A DNA stretch of 64,000 nt from Pecten maximus (Eukaryota). The translations under genes and the position numbers were made by a program. A model generated the notes under the pieces. The model saw nothing but the letters and a program-made list of their open reading frames with translations. It was not told the origin of the DNA and ran no database searches. The stretch lies in NCBI RefSeq assembly GCF_902652985.1, contig NC_047016.1, positions 7,130,001 through 7,194,000 on the forward strand. Direction: 5' to 3'. This document shows positions 1 through 22,410 of this stretch, piece after piece (within the stretch, counting starts at the first letter, position 1; each line of letters starts with the position of its first letter).

Positions 1-1585
1 TTAGCCAAAGGCCAATAAACATGTATTGCATGAGGTAAGTTAAAACAACACAAAAGTGTTGTGTTGTAAACTTCTATGGTTATACATGTATTAGAATTCA
101 CCAATCAAAACTGTCAGCCGTACCACTGATGTCACAATTAACATGGATGGCTATTCCAATAGAAGATGTACACATATCCTGATTTTACATTAACCTGTCA
201 ACAATTCGTTTAACGAAAAACTTTCAAATCTGCACAGTAAACTCATGACACTGTTCATGTATATATTGCTTTTAAATAAGATGACTTGGCAGGCAACTGT
301 AACCTTACACAATATGATCAACTGTAACTTTGATTTACATTCTAAAATTGGTTTTGTATTACAACAGGGTGGCTAAGTGTGTGCTTATGGAAACGCTCAT
401 TTATAAATGGCCAACAACAGCCTTGTAAACAGTGCATGATCCTAAATGAGAATCTTGGGTGCAGCATATCTAACACCACATTCCTCTATGTGTATACCAT
501 AATGTCTATCAATAAAATGTTGATAGACATGAATTTTACAAGTTCATTGACAAAGCCCAGCAACAAAGTTGAGTGATTATCAGCAACCAATCTAATGGAT
601 GCATTCTGATGGACAAGGAATATAAGTACTTTTATTATAAACGGTTGTGAAAAGACAATAAATATTACAAAGGTCATATGACCATTTTCAAGATTGAAGA
701 ATGTCATCACACATTTCAAATTACAAGTAGTTGACATTTTTTTAAGAGTAAGAAAAACAGTTGTGCTTGAATGAACTAGCCTATCCCAGACCAGCGGCTG
801 GGAACTGTGAACAAAGTTTGGTTCATCTTTATAGGTATTTTGTACAATTTTGTACAATGCCATTCAATAATTGCACATGCAAAAATGATGTGTATGTTTC
901 ATAAGTAGTACAGAAAAAGTTTGAAGAATGTTTTATCGCTTAGGATATACATGTATCATGTGGACAAAATATCACATATGTAACAGCTTCATTCACACAT
1001 CACAAAGCTCATCTTTCAGTCTCATCACACGTATGTCCACCACTGCCAAATACACAAGTCATGCTGACTAATAAACACAGCATCCTATTTCACATCCACG
1101 TGCCTTTTCAGGCAGCTCAATCCTCGTTGTTCTTTGGGGCCATAAAATGCTTTTTTATCCAATGAATAAAAACCAGATTTTATGTTAAGACTGAAAAAGT
1201 AAAAGGTATCACCGAAGTAACACTTAAGAACAATGACACTCATTCATTCTGTTCAATTTTGACAAAGTTTGATGAGATATTTTATCAGCTTTTGGACTGA
1301 ATTTTGACATTAATACTTAATCTTCAACAAGATGTTTTACTAAAGTTACTGTATTGAACAAATGCATACAATCATGTTTTACTTTTTCCCACTAGGTAAC
1401 TCAATCTCAATTTAAATTAATAAATAACAACGATGGAAAATGACCCAAAAATACTCGTGTGTGAAAGAGTAATCTCCCTTCTTTTCACTCTCCTTCCTGC
1501 ATGTGTCCATGGAATGGATAGTTTGTAATTATAGACTTGTACAGTGTGTACAGCTCTCATCATACGTCACACAGCATCCATGCTA

Positions 1586-11420
<9,835 letters not shown>

Positions 11421-13165
11421 TTAGCGATACAAGCCAAATATAAAACCTATATTTGGCTGGATATTTTGTTAATCCAAATAATACAAAAGCAGAATCCACT
11501 ATGTTGTGAAAATGGACTAGATCCAATGATGACGTAAAATCTCAACTGCCACCAAGCCGTACAACTATATGGCCTAAATGGAACAAGTAAAGCCAGGCAT
11601 ACATGTCTACCGTATCCTTCATCGCAAAGTTTTTAAACCTAAAGACATGTACAGCCACAACCTAATCTAGGTTTTTAGCTCCAAAAATCCTCTAAGTCTC
11701 TTGAAGCCTAGGTCAATATCAAACCTGTTCTAGCTTATAGTGTAAAAGAGAAGGGGAGAATATATTGCTGCTAAAGTGTCCCTCCAGGATTAATCAAACC
11801 TTTGTCTCTGGTTTGAAAATTGACAGCCTTACCAACTGAGACAAAGAAGCACACTAGTACTGTTTTCTTCAGATTTTCCAAATCTCAATACCACCAATGT
11901 GTAATATAGTTGACAGCCAATGTAACCGAATAGGTAAAAACATATTCGTGTCAAGTGCTTCTGTCTAGGAATCAAACCGAAATCTCACTGTGCAAAAGAA
12001 GCAGCTATAGGCTCCATCAGCTAATTATATAAGAGACAGTCAGAGTGTGAGACCATGCATATTTAACATTACGTACAAGCCACAACAATATGTTTCTTTT
12101 ACACTAGGCCTATTTGAGTAAAAGGCCACTAGCATACAGGCATCCAGTTGACCCTGGACTTTTAGCAATTTCAGAAGTCTAATAACCTTTTCTCAGAAAT
12201 CTGAAGGGTCAAAACATATGTCAAATAGACATGTCCCTTCAAACCCAAGAGTCAGAAACATACTCTCAAGGGTCTACTGGATGCCCTGTATACTTTTTAC
12301 CAACAAATATGTCTTACATGCTGTGTCTACAGAAATTTTCAGGGTAATATTACTTATTTCATTGACACATCACAACTATCTGAAAGCTTACAATTGGGTA
12401 TAATATTATAACTAGTACTATTACAAATTTCCTAGTAAAGTAAAGGAAATGACATTATATTGATTCACATGTCTAATATTGTGGCTAACTTTATCATGTG
12501 ATATTTGTGGATTGAAGTGTTAAGTGCGTATGATCATTCCATTCCAATTTTACTTTGTGTCAATTGCAACAGAAACAAGACGTGGGAATTACTGTTAACA
12601 ACCATCCCGTAAGTTTAGTAGATTCACAACCATCGCGATATGCTAAAGTTCCCGTAGCCAACCAATACGTATATATAATGCGAATGATGGCTGTGAAATG
12701 GGCATTATTGTACCTATTAATTACTGAAAGAGTCGCTACTTAATTTGAGAGACCCATTCTAATTCATCAGTCTCTACTGTAATACAGACATTGACAGAGG
12801 GGTTGATCCACAAACTACTGTACTGTAGGTCTAATAATCATGGAGGAAATCTCAAATAAAATGTGATCTCACATTTTCTATCAACACATAACACACTTTA
12901 AGTAATTAAATTTACAGACGCTGGTTACAGTATTAACATGTTTCAACGCATAGCTGTTAACAAAAAATGTCAACAAACACAAAATGGGGAAGTGCCTGGG
13001 AAGTCAGGTGATGATCTGTCTCGATCGCTTTGAAGGACATCTACTTTAGCTATCGTGATTATAATCACAATCTGCTTGTATTGAGTACAGTTGCATGATT
13101 CCATGTTACAAAATAAGTGCAAAACTGAATCTATAGACACAAGAGTATCGCGATTAAATACCTAC

Positions 13166-13270
13166 TTTGAATCGTATCAGCGATTATGTTCTGAATCAGC
13201 AACAAGATGGCGGATAATGACGTCGATCACAGCGCCATCTTATGTGTAATCGATAGGGGGGACTACTCTA
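13166..13270 (-). promoter_or_regulatory. Probable non-coding first exon and core promoter of Rab14
   Basis: Minus-strand donor AA|GTAGGT at 13165. The first coding exon has an acceptor 2 nt before the ATG, so an upstream UTR exon is needed. CpG-enriched patch with inverted YY1-type motifs AAGATGGCG (13204-13212) and CGCCATCTT (13233-13241) flanking a CRE-like TGACGTC (13218-13224). Confidence 0.6.
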
Positions 13271-13723
13271 GTGAAAAAATATCAAGTGAGCAGGGGAAAT
13301 GTGGGAAATTTGGTAATGGCATGAAACAACGAAAATACACATGCTTTATATTATAAAGCAATGATTTAACTATATCAGAGTAGGAAAGTGAATGACAATT
13401 TTGTTTGTGTCTTTTGCAACCAATTGATATACTGTAAGCCCATTCAGTTTATGGTCTGACTTTGGCATCAAAAGCAACAACATTTGATCAGCTCTTATCA
13501 GTTCAGACAAAAACAAAGTATTATAAATAATCTTTCTTGCCGTCAGCTGTAAAATTATGGAACTCGGAACCTCCAGAAATTAGAAATAATCCTTCAATGA
13601 AAATCTTAAAAAAAATCCTTAATAGAAATCTTACACGTCCTCCTTCATACAGAAACTATGGAACTATGGTATATAAAAAGAACACTTGTTCAATAAAAAC
13701 TTAATTGGCAGCACGTTTTGTAC

Positions 13724-13828
13724 CAATCTAGTTAAAATTAGACTTGTAATTTCCGTTCCTCTACGATACACTGCAATACATAATATCGTAGAGGAACGGA
13801 AATTACAAGTCTAATTTTAATTAGATTG
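13724..13828. mobile_element. 105-bp foldback MITE with 9-bp TSD (MULE/Mutator-like)
   Basis: 45-bp TIRs with one mismatch and a 15-nt spacer, flanked by the direct repeat GTTTTGTAC (13715-13723 and 13829-13837). Confidence 0.85.
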
Positions 13829-14179
13829 GTTTTGTACGTGTGGATATATTGAAGACAACTTTCATTTCCATTGCATGTGTGAAAAATATCAAAATCAAAG
13901 AGAACAGTTCATTTTTACCCTTAATGGACTTAAACATCGATATATACTGTTAGCAGGACACAGACTTAATCTGACGAAGAAAATGAAACAATTGTTGCTG
14001 CGGTGCATAATTTTATTCTTTATTCTAAAAGGTTTGACTAAAAGGAATCTGAATAGATATCATAGTTAACCCCCAGTAACAAACCAAATTGAAGCTATGA
14101 ATGTGATAGTTATGTATCAATGTAAACTATTCAAATAACCCTCGACAAATGTTCGTTATATATGTCCCACCAATGTTCT

Positions 14180-14440
14180 TTAACTGAAATTTCATTCCTT
14201 GAATGTACATCTTATGTTTTAATACATTATCATTTATATAACTATCTATATGAATTGTAAAAACATTAAGCAGTGTTGTGACTTGACCACTATGCTACAT
14301 ACAATTTTGCTGACCTATTGAGAGAGATGGATTGATATAAGCTTTAAGCTTGTTTCCAGATCCTTTTGCAAATTATGAACTGTTATTTTGTATATTTGTA
14401 TGCAATGTCTATGGATTGAATAAAATACTGTTTAAACTAA
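14180..14440 (+). mobile_element. 3' tail of a CR1/L2-type LINE
   Basis: GGATTGATATAAGC..GCTTGTTTCCAGATCC stem followed by AATAAAATACTGTTTAAACTAA, resembling the tail at 17875-17955. Confidence 0.55.
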
Positions 14441-17400
14441 CATCGGTGCCGTTTCCTCTGGACCCAACTTCAAAAGTCCTACGGGATAGCCTGATCCTCA
14501 AGAAAAAGGAACATAGAGGATTTAGACAGACACGGATAGCCGTGTATGCATCTAATCTCCTGTGCACCCGTCGTAGAGCTGATTTAGAATATTCCGGGTG
14601 GGTGAGGTAATTTGGACAGAGATCCAGTTTCCAAGGAAGAAATACCTACTATGCTCTTTGTATAGACCTCCAAACACAGAAAACTCCTTCTGAAATCATT
14701 TTTACCTTTCTTTAGAAAATGCCTTCCGTGAAACTCCTTACGTCATAATTGTAGGTGATATAAATGTTGACCTTCTAACCGTAGACAACACGCATTCTAT
14801 TCACAACTTAATCCAATCCTTTCACCTGACGAACGTAATAGACAAACCGACTCGAATCGGACACACGAGTGCTACACTACTCGACCCAGCTTTTCTGTCT
14901 GACACGTGCACCTTTACATTGTCTGACGTTATTGACACTGACACTGAACTTTCCGACCACAAAGCGACTACCGTAGAATTGACCGTTGAGACTGCTTTAA
15001 CTAGGACATATAAACGAAAAATAACATGTTATAATGAGGCTAATTACGAACTTTTTAAAGACAGACTGGATAATATTGACTGGCTAGAATTTTTTTCGAC
15101 GACTCACTCCCCGGATGAGATGTGCGAGAAATTTACAGACAAATATTTAGACATAGCCGGGGAGTGTATACCGACAAAGACTGTAACTATTCGACCTAAT
15201 GACAAGCCTTGGTTTAATTCGGACTTACGATGTGAGATAAGGAAAAGACACCGACTATTAAAACAACTGAAAAAAAAATCGTACACCAAGCAATTTAACA
15301 AATTTTAGGAAACAACATAAATGGAATTTTAGATCATTACTCTGATTCGGATCCTAGAAATTTTTGGAAGATTGTCCATAGATTGTTAAAATCAGCTGAT
15401 ATTTCAAACCCTATACCACCTCTAATTAATGATTATACTGGAATTCTTGAATTTACCGATGAATGTAAAGCCAACATCCTAAATGATTACTTTGTTTCTA
15501 TTTCTACAATTGATGACACTGACATTGACGTACCTGAAGTTGAATTACGTACGGACGCTACTTTATCAGACATACCCTTTAGATTAAATGAAATTACTGA
15601 CATTCTCAAATCCTTACAAACAAATAAAGCAGTTGGCAATGACAAAATCAGTCATCATATGTTAAAAAACACCGCTGAATCTATAACCTTCCCCCTGTAT
15701 TTAATATATAGGTCTTCCTTGGAAACTGGTATCTTCCGAAACTTTGGAAGTTAGCTTTGGTAATGCCGTTATTAAAAAAGGTGATAAGAAAATGTCTTCT
15801 AACTATAGACCGATATCGTTACTTAGTACTATTGGAAAAGTTTTTGAGAGGTTAATTGTTAAACATCTACATAACTATTTACTTGAAAATTCGTTGTAAT
15901 ATAAATACCAATCTGGCTTTCAGCCTGGTCACTCTACTGTCCACCAAATAATTGAAATCTATCATACTTTATGTGAGAATCTAGAAAAATGAGGCCAACA
16001 TGCTTAGTGTTCTGTGATATTTCCAAAGCGTTCGATAGAGTGTGGCACAGGGGACTAAATGTAAAATTAGCTAATTATGGTATAAGTGGGAAACATTTTA
16101 TCCTGGTTAAGTAACTAAGTAATAGAAACCAGCAAGTTTTCGTTGGGAATAGTAAATCTACTGTTAAATATATAAATGCTGGTGTTCCACAAGGCACTGT
16201 ATTAGGTCCCTTACTCTTTATTATATACATCAATGATATAACTGATAACCTTGAAAGTCTTTCTAAACTATTTGCAGACGACACCTCCTTATTATGTTCT
16301 GATAATTCTCCTTTGGCTGTCGAAACAAAAATTAATAATGACCTTGCAAAAATTCAAAGTTGGGCAGAAAAATGGCTTGTTAAATTTAATCCTTTAAAAA
16401 CGGAAGCTCTACTCATTTCCAACACTGAACACGATTATGCTATAGATATTAATTTTAATGATGTAAGTGTTGATTTTGTAGATCATCATAAGCACCTAGG
16501 AGTAACGTTAGACGAAAATTGTAAATGGAGTAAACATATCGATACTATAGGTAAAAGCGTTGCAAAACAGATAAGTGTACTTCGTAAATTAAGATATGGA
16601 TTAAACAAGCAAACTTTATTAAAGATTTACAAAGCTTATTGTCTACCACTATTTGAATATTGTTGTGAAGTTTGGGATGGGTGTTCTCTCAGTGATGCAG
16701 ACACACTCGAAAAGCTACAGTTAGAAGCTGCCAGAATTATAACTGGGTTACCATCGTATGCCAGCAGAGAATCCCTCTATTCAGAAAGTGGATTGGAACC
16801 ATTGTATAACAGACGTTCCAGAAGAAAAAATCAATTATTTTATAAAATTAAAAATCACCTGGTTCCAAAGTACTTATCGTCACTATTACCTCCTCCTGTT
16901 TCAGAAAACTCTCAATACAATCTGCGTGATTCACACAACTTTTCTCTACCAAACTTCTGTCTACAATTAACTAACTCCTCTTTCTTTCCATCCTCCATTC
17001 GACAGTGGAACCAACTTGATCTTGAAATCAGAAATAGTGTGTCTTATCCATCCTTTAAAAAATCTCTCAAAATCAGTTTTGTAGTTCCAAATTATTATTA
17101 TTTCGGTGATAGAAAATTAAATATATTGCATGCTAGACTAAGAAACAAATCCAGCACACTTAACAATGACCTATATAGAGTACATTTGATTAATTACCGT
17201 CAGTGCCAATGTGGACATCCAATTGAAGATGCATATCACTTTTTCTTTGTTTGTAACAACTATGTGAACCAGAGAATAGCATTGTTTCGTGATCTGAATG
17301 AGTATATTCCACTAGATCTGCAGTTACTTTTACACGGAAGAAATGATTTATTGCAAGATGAAAATTTAAGAATTTGTCAAGTCACTCAGATATACATCGC

Positions 17401-17772
17401 TAACTCAAATAGATTCGGATTTCTCTCCTACACCCATTATAGATTTATATTTTATGTATATATTTATATATGGTGTGTTATGTTTTTGTGTATGTATACA
17501 TAAGTATGTGTGTATATATGTGTGTACATGTATATATAAAGTATCAATTGATTATACTTAATCTTTTCCGTTGCCGACAACAAAAGAGAAACTGATATTC
17601 AAGGAAGTAAGGAGTGAAAGGAGACGAAACATTGGCATGGGAAGTGATGAACATAAGTACCAGCAGCAAGCTTTGGAAAGTGCTTTGTGTATACTTCTGT
17701 TGTCGGCATCGGTGAAGATTGGCTCTTATATAAATGCTTGGGTGGATATATATGAATTATATATAGATATGT

Positions 17773-17824
<52 letters not shown>

Positions 17825-17955
17825 AAATATGTAAATATGCCATCTTGTTGTAATGATTTTGTATACTTATATATCGGGAAAGGGCTTTATATGCCCAATC
17901 CCTTTGTAAAGTTTAGTTACAAATAAAAATATGTTTAAATCTAAAAAAAAAAATA
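14441..17955 (+). mobile_element. 5'-truncated CR1-group non-LTR retrotransposon; APE endonuclease + RT ORF2 disrupted by frameshifts and stops
   Basis: APE motifs (LYRPPN, IIVGDINVD, PTRI..LLD, SDH) at 14500-14960; IRPNDKPWF; RT motifs NYRPISLLS, QSGF, CDISKAFDRVWH, GVPQGTVLGPLLF, LFADDT (about 16268-16285); HLGV; C-terminal CQCG..EDAYHFFFVC zinc knuckle; AATAAA and poly(A) at about 17920-17955. Confidence 0.93.
17775..17819. repeat. (CT)n microsatellite in the LINE 3' UTR
   Basis: About 22 perfect CT units. Confidence 0.95.
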
Positions 17956-18174
17956 AAATAGAGATACTATCACGGATCCTCTGCCATTTACGAGCCGAAA
18001 TACTATCCGTTAGTGGCAATGTGTAAAAGTGACCACAGTGTCGCTAATCCTTAGAAACATTAGGAGACCAATGCCATACATGATTTCCACACACCGCAAT
18101 AACAGGGGGAGGGGTAGAACAATACAAAACAACATATGCTACAGGGATATGTAACTCTGCAAGTAGCTTTTAAC

Positions 18175-18494
18175 TATGGTGGCTGATTTGTGTCATTTCG
18201 TTATTTCGTCTTTTCGCCCCGAAAAGACGAAATTTAACAAACCTTAATTCTCGTCTTTTCGACCAATTTATCTTTTCGTGTTTTCGGGGCGAAAAGACGA
18301 AAATCAAGGTTTGTTAAATTTTTAAACCCGAAAAGACGAGAATTAAGGCCGCTAATTAGCGTGCATGAATTTCGTCTTTTCGTGTATGACTTGTCGTCTT
18401 TTCGGGGCGAAAAGACAAAAATTAAAGTTTGTTAATGTTTGTCTTTTCGGGGCGAAAAGACGAAATAACGAAATGACACAAATTAGCCACCGTA
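18175..18494. mobile_element. Non-autonomous TIR element, IS3EU-like (TAYGG...CCRTA termini, 6-bp TSD)
   Basis: TIRs longer than 50 bp (TATGGTGGCTGATTTGTGTCATTTCGTTATTTCGTCTTTTCGCCCCGAAAAGAC and its reverse complement); internal CGAAAAGACG subrepeats; flanked by TTTAAC at 18169-18174 and 18495-18500. Confidence 0.75.
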
Positions 18495-21016
18495 TTTAAC
18501 ACCTTTTTATATAGCTACTCACCTTTTAGTACCTTTTATCATTCGGTCAGCACAGAGCTTTTAGCATCCGCCCATAGCAGTTTTTATCCAATAGTATTTT
18601 AAAACCCGGTCTCTTATCAATCTTTTATTGACTGACTAGCGGCCATTCTTTAACACTAGCTGCAAATATCTAAGTTTTAGGCTGTGTATATAGCTGTGAA
18701 AATTCTTGGTTGATGACGATTTGTTGTGATTTTTAATTCATTTTCCAAATACGGGAATAATGATCTACCAAAATGGCTTTTAAGCAACCTACAGATTCTC
18801 CAGGGATTCGTCTGGACAGCTCATGAAAGGGAAAAAAAGACACTAAAGATAAGACAAGATTATTGGCTATAATTACAATAGACAGGTTTGATAGTGAAAT
18901 TCTTCCTTATTTTTCTACCAAATTTAGTGTTATGTACCAAATTAAAGATTGAATAATTTTCTTTCTCGTGGTACCTTTCATTTTCCACTGATATCATGCT
19001 ATCAATAGTTATCGGTTCATCTGTAATTTTTTCACTATTTAACCCTACTTGAGACCACTCGTGGGCATGGCCAAATATATTGCTCTGACCAGTGTGACGT
19101 CAGTTTGAATGACTCTATGTGACACATTATAGGCACCTCCGTGAAGTTGATTCCTCATTACATATTCGTTACTTATTCTTTATTACATTACTTATTCGAT
19201 TCCATCATTACATATTCGTTTCTCTTAACTACATGTAATTAACACTTTAAATGGTTCAAAACTTATTATTAAACATTTCCATCATCCAGTCCACCACTTC
19301 ATTCCTTATCCATACCTTATTACTGATTCAATTCCTTTATTACTTATTCGATTCTCTCATTACGTATTCGATTTCATTATTACATATTCGTTTTCCCTTT
19401 ACTAATCAGCTCTTCAAATGGTTCAAAACTTATACAAGATGTAATTAAACGTTCCCATTACCTATTAAAGGTAATTACAGATGGGTTCAATTAAATTAGA
19501 GATAGGTTCAAATTAGAGATACATTTAGGTTTAATTCAATTGAAGATAGGTTCAATTTGATTATAGATAGGTTCAATTCAATTGTATTTATCTTTAAATT
19601 ATTAAAGATAGGTACACATGATTGGAACTATCTCTAATCTTCAATCTTCAATTGAATTGAACCTATCTTCGAATACGAGAATTAAGGCCGCTAATTAGCG
19701 TGCATTAATTTCGTCTCTTCGTGTATGACTTGTCGTCTTTTCGGGGCGAAAAGACAAAAATTAAAGTTTGTTAATGTTTGTCTTTTCGGGGCGAAAAGAC
19801 GAAATAACGAAATGACACTAATCAGCCACCGTATTTAACACCTTTTTATATAGCTACTCACCTTTTAGTTACCTTTTATCATTCGGTCAGCACAGAGTTT
19901 TTAGCATCCGCCCATAGCAGTTTTTATCCAATAGTATTTTAAAACCCGGTCTCTTATCAATCTTTTATTGACTGACTAGCGGCCATTCTTTAACACTAGC
20001 TGCAAATATCTAAGTTTTAGGCTGTGTATATAGCTGTGAAAATTCTTGGTTGATGACGATTTGTTGTGATTTTTAATTCATTTTCCAAATACGGGAATAA
20101 TTATATACCAAAATGGCTTTTAAGCAACCTATAGATTCTCCAGGGATTCGTCTGGACAGCTCATGAAAGGAAAAAAAAAGACACTTAAGATAAGACAAGA
20201 TCATTGGCTATATGTACAATAGACAGGTTTGATAGTGAAATTCTTCCTTATTTTTCTACCAAATTTAGTGTCATGTACCAAATTAAAGATTGAAAATTTT
20301 TCTTTCTCGTGGTACCTTTCATTTTCCACTGATATCATGCTATCAATAGTTATCGGTTCATCTGTAATTTTTTCACTATTTAACCCTACTTGAGACCACT
20401 CGTGGGCATGGCCAAATATATTGCTCTGACCAGTGTGACGTCAGTTTGAATGACTCTATGTGACACATTATAGGCACCTCCGTGAAGTTGATTCCTCATT
20501 ACATATTCGTTACTTATTCTTTATTCCATTACTTATTCGATTCCATCATTACATATTCGTTTCTCTTAACTACATGTAATTAACACTTTAAATGGTTCAA
20601 AACTTATTATTAAACATTTCCATCATCCAGTCCACCACTTCATTCCTTATCCATACCTTATTACTGATTCAATTCCTTTATTACTTATTCGATTCTCTCA
20701 TTACTTATTCGATTTCATTATTACATATTCGTTTTCCCTTTACTAATCAGCTCTTCAAATGGTTCAAAACTTATACAAGATGTAATTAAACGTTCCCATT
20801 ACCTATTAAATGTAATTACAGATGGGTTCAATTAAATTAGAGATAGGTTCAAATTAGAGATACATTTAGGTTTAATTCAATTGAAGATAGGTTCAATTTG
20901 ATTATAGATAGGTTCAATTCAATTGTATTTATCTTTAAATTATTAAATATAGGTACACATGATTGGAACTATCTCTAATCTTCAATCTTCAATTGAATTG
21001 AACCTATCTTCGAATA
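18336..21016. repeat. Tandem duplication of a ~1.34-kb segment (18336-19675 and 19676-21016)
   Basis: Near-identical copies offset by about 1340-1341 bp (identical ORFs at 19251 and 20592) with scattered SNPs and indels. Copy 2 starts with the right half of the IS3EU-like MITE. Confidence 0.93.
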
Positions 21017-21069
21017 ATAGGTTCAATTAATTGAATACATTTTAATTTGGCGTTCCATAAAGATGACCA

Positions 21070-21549
21070 TCGACTTGATACTGATACCTGTCGACTTGAC
21101 ACCGATACCTGTCGACTTGACACTGATACCTGTCGACTTGACACAGATACCTGTCGACTTGACCAACTGACTGGACACTGATACCTGTCGATGTCGACTT
21201 GACACAGATACCTGTCGACTTGACACTGATACCTGTCGATGTCGACTTGACACTGATACCTGTCGACTTGACACTGATACCTGTCGATGTCGACTTGACA
21301 CAGATACCTGTCGACTTGACACTGATACCTGTCGATGTCGACTTGACACTGATACCTGTCGACTTGACACTGATACCTGTCGACTTGACACTGATACCTG
21401 TCGACTTGACACTGATACCTGTCGACTTGACACTGATACCTGTCGATGTCGACTTGACACTGATACCTGTCGATGTCGACTTGACACTGATACCTGTCGA
21501 CTTGACACTGATACCTGTCGATGTCGACTTGACACTGATAACTGTCGAT
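21070..21549. repeat. 21/27-bp minisatellite
   Basis: Unit GTCGACTTGACACTGATACCT with a variant carrying an extra GATGTC; about 21 copies. Confidence 0.95.
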
Positions 21550-22307
21550 GCAGAAACAAACCATTGGGAGCACGAGAGGAGAAATGGAGTGAAGCGTTAG
21601 ACAAGTAAATAAGTAAATACTTATAATTATATAAAATGTCATGATTTTTCCATGTTTCATCAAATCTATTTTTGAAAGTGTTTATGTTTTTAGCCCGGAA
21701 GACTGTTCCATATTTTTACAGTTCTTAATGAGAAAGTTGTGCTTCTCAGCGTTGTCCTGGATTGTTACAGAAATAACATCTTTGAGTTTCCTCGGCCGCT
21801 GTGCCGTTTTCCGACGTCTTTCCATAGTTTTATGAAACTGCAGGATTATTTGTCATCAATGCAGCTTAACATTTTCTAGAGTTCGATCAGATCTCCTCTA
21901 ATCCGTCTATACGATGTTGTTGGAATTTCAATTTCCTAAGCCTTTCTGTATACCATAGGTCGTTCTTTCCTGGTAAATATCTTTTGCCTTCAACTGAGCC
22001 CGAACCAAGTCGGCGTAACCCAGCTGTGATCATAACGAACTTGTGTAAAGTAAAAGGATAATTTATTATCCGGGAAACATGTAGTTCTTAGAATTGAAGA
22101 AAAAAAAAATGGTTAGCCTTATTAGCTTTCTCACGAATGTAGTTTTCAACGGTAAGTTTTGTATCTACCGTTACGCAAATATCCTTGTCTGTTTTTTCCA
22201 GGTTGTTTCTTAGCAATTTGTATATGTATGTCCCTTCCATATTTTATTGTGTGCGTCTTTTTTCAACAGATACAAACAACAAAGTTCTAAATAACCGTCT
22301 TTATAAA

Positions 22308-22360
22308 GACAACAACAACAACAACAACAACAACGACAACGACAACGACAACACCAACAC
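22308..22360. repeat. (AAC)n/(GACAAC)n microsatellite
   Basis: Visible directly, just downstream of the apextrin-like stop codon. Confidence 0.9.
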
Positions 22361-22410
22361 ATTGTGATGAATGAACGTCAGCCCGTCATTCCGTCAATCA
22401 TCAACCCCGG

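Noticed and set aside
379-863. ORFs of 65 and 125 aa
   Set aside because: Lie in the probable Rab14 3' UTR/downstream region; no recognisable motifs.
11940-12000. Possible tRNA-derived SINE B-box (GGTTTGATTCC on the minus strand)
   Set aside because: No A-box or cloverleaf could be supported.
19251-20789. Two identical 65-aa ORFs
   Set aside because: Low-complexity repeat sequence copied by the 1.34-kb duplication; no protein-like features.
21004-21663. DRYQCQV-repeat ORFs resembling a Cys-rich secreted protein
   Set aside because: Translation of the 21/27-bp minisatellite; open in several frames, no splice support.
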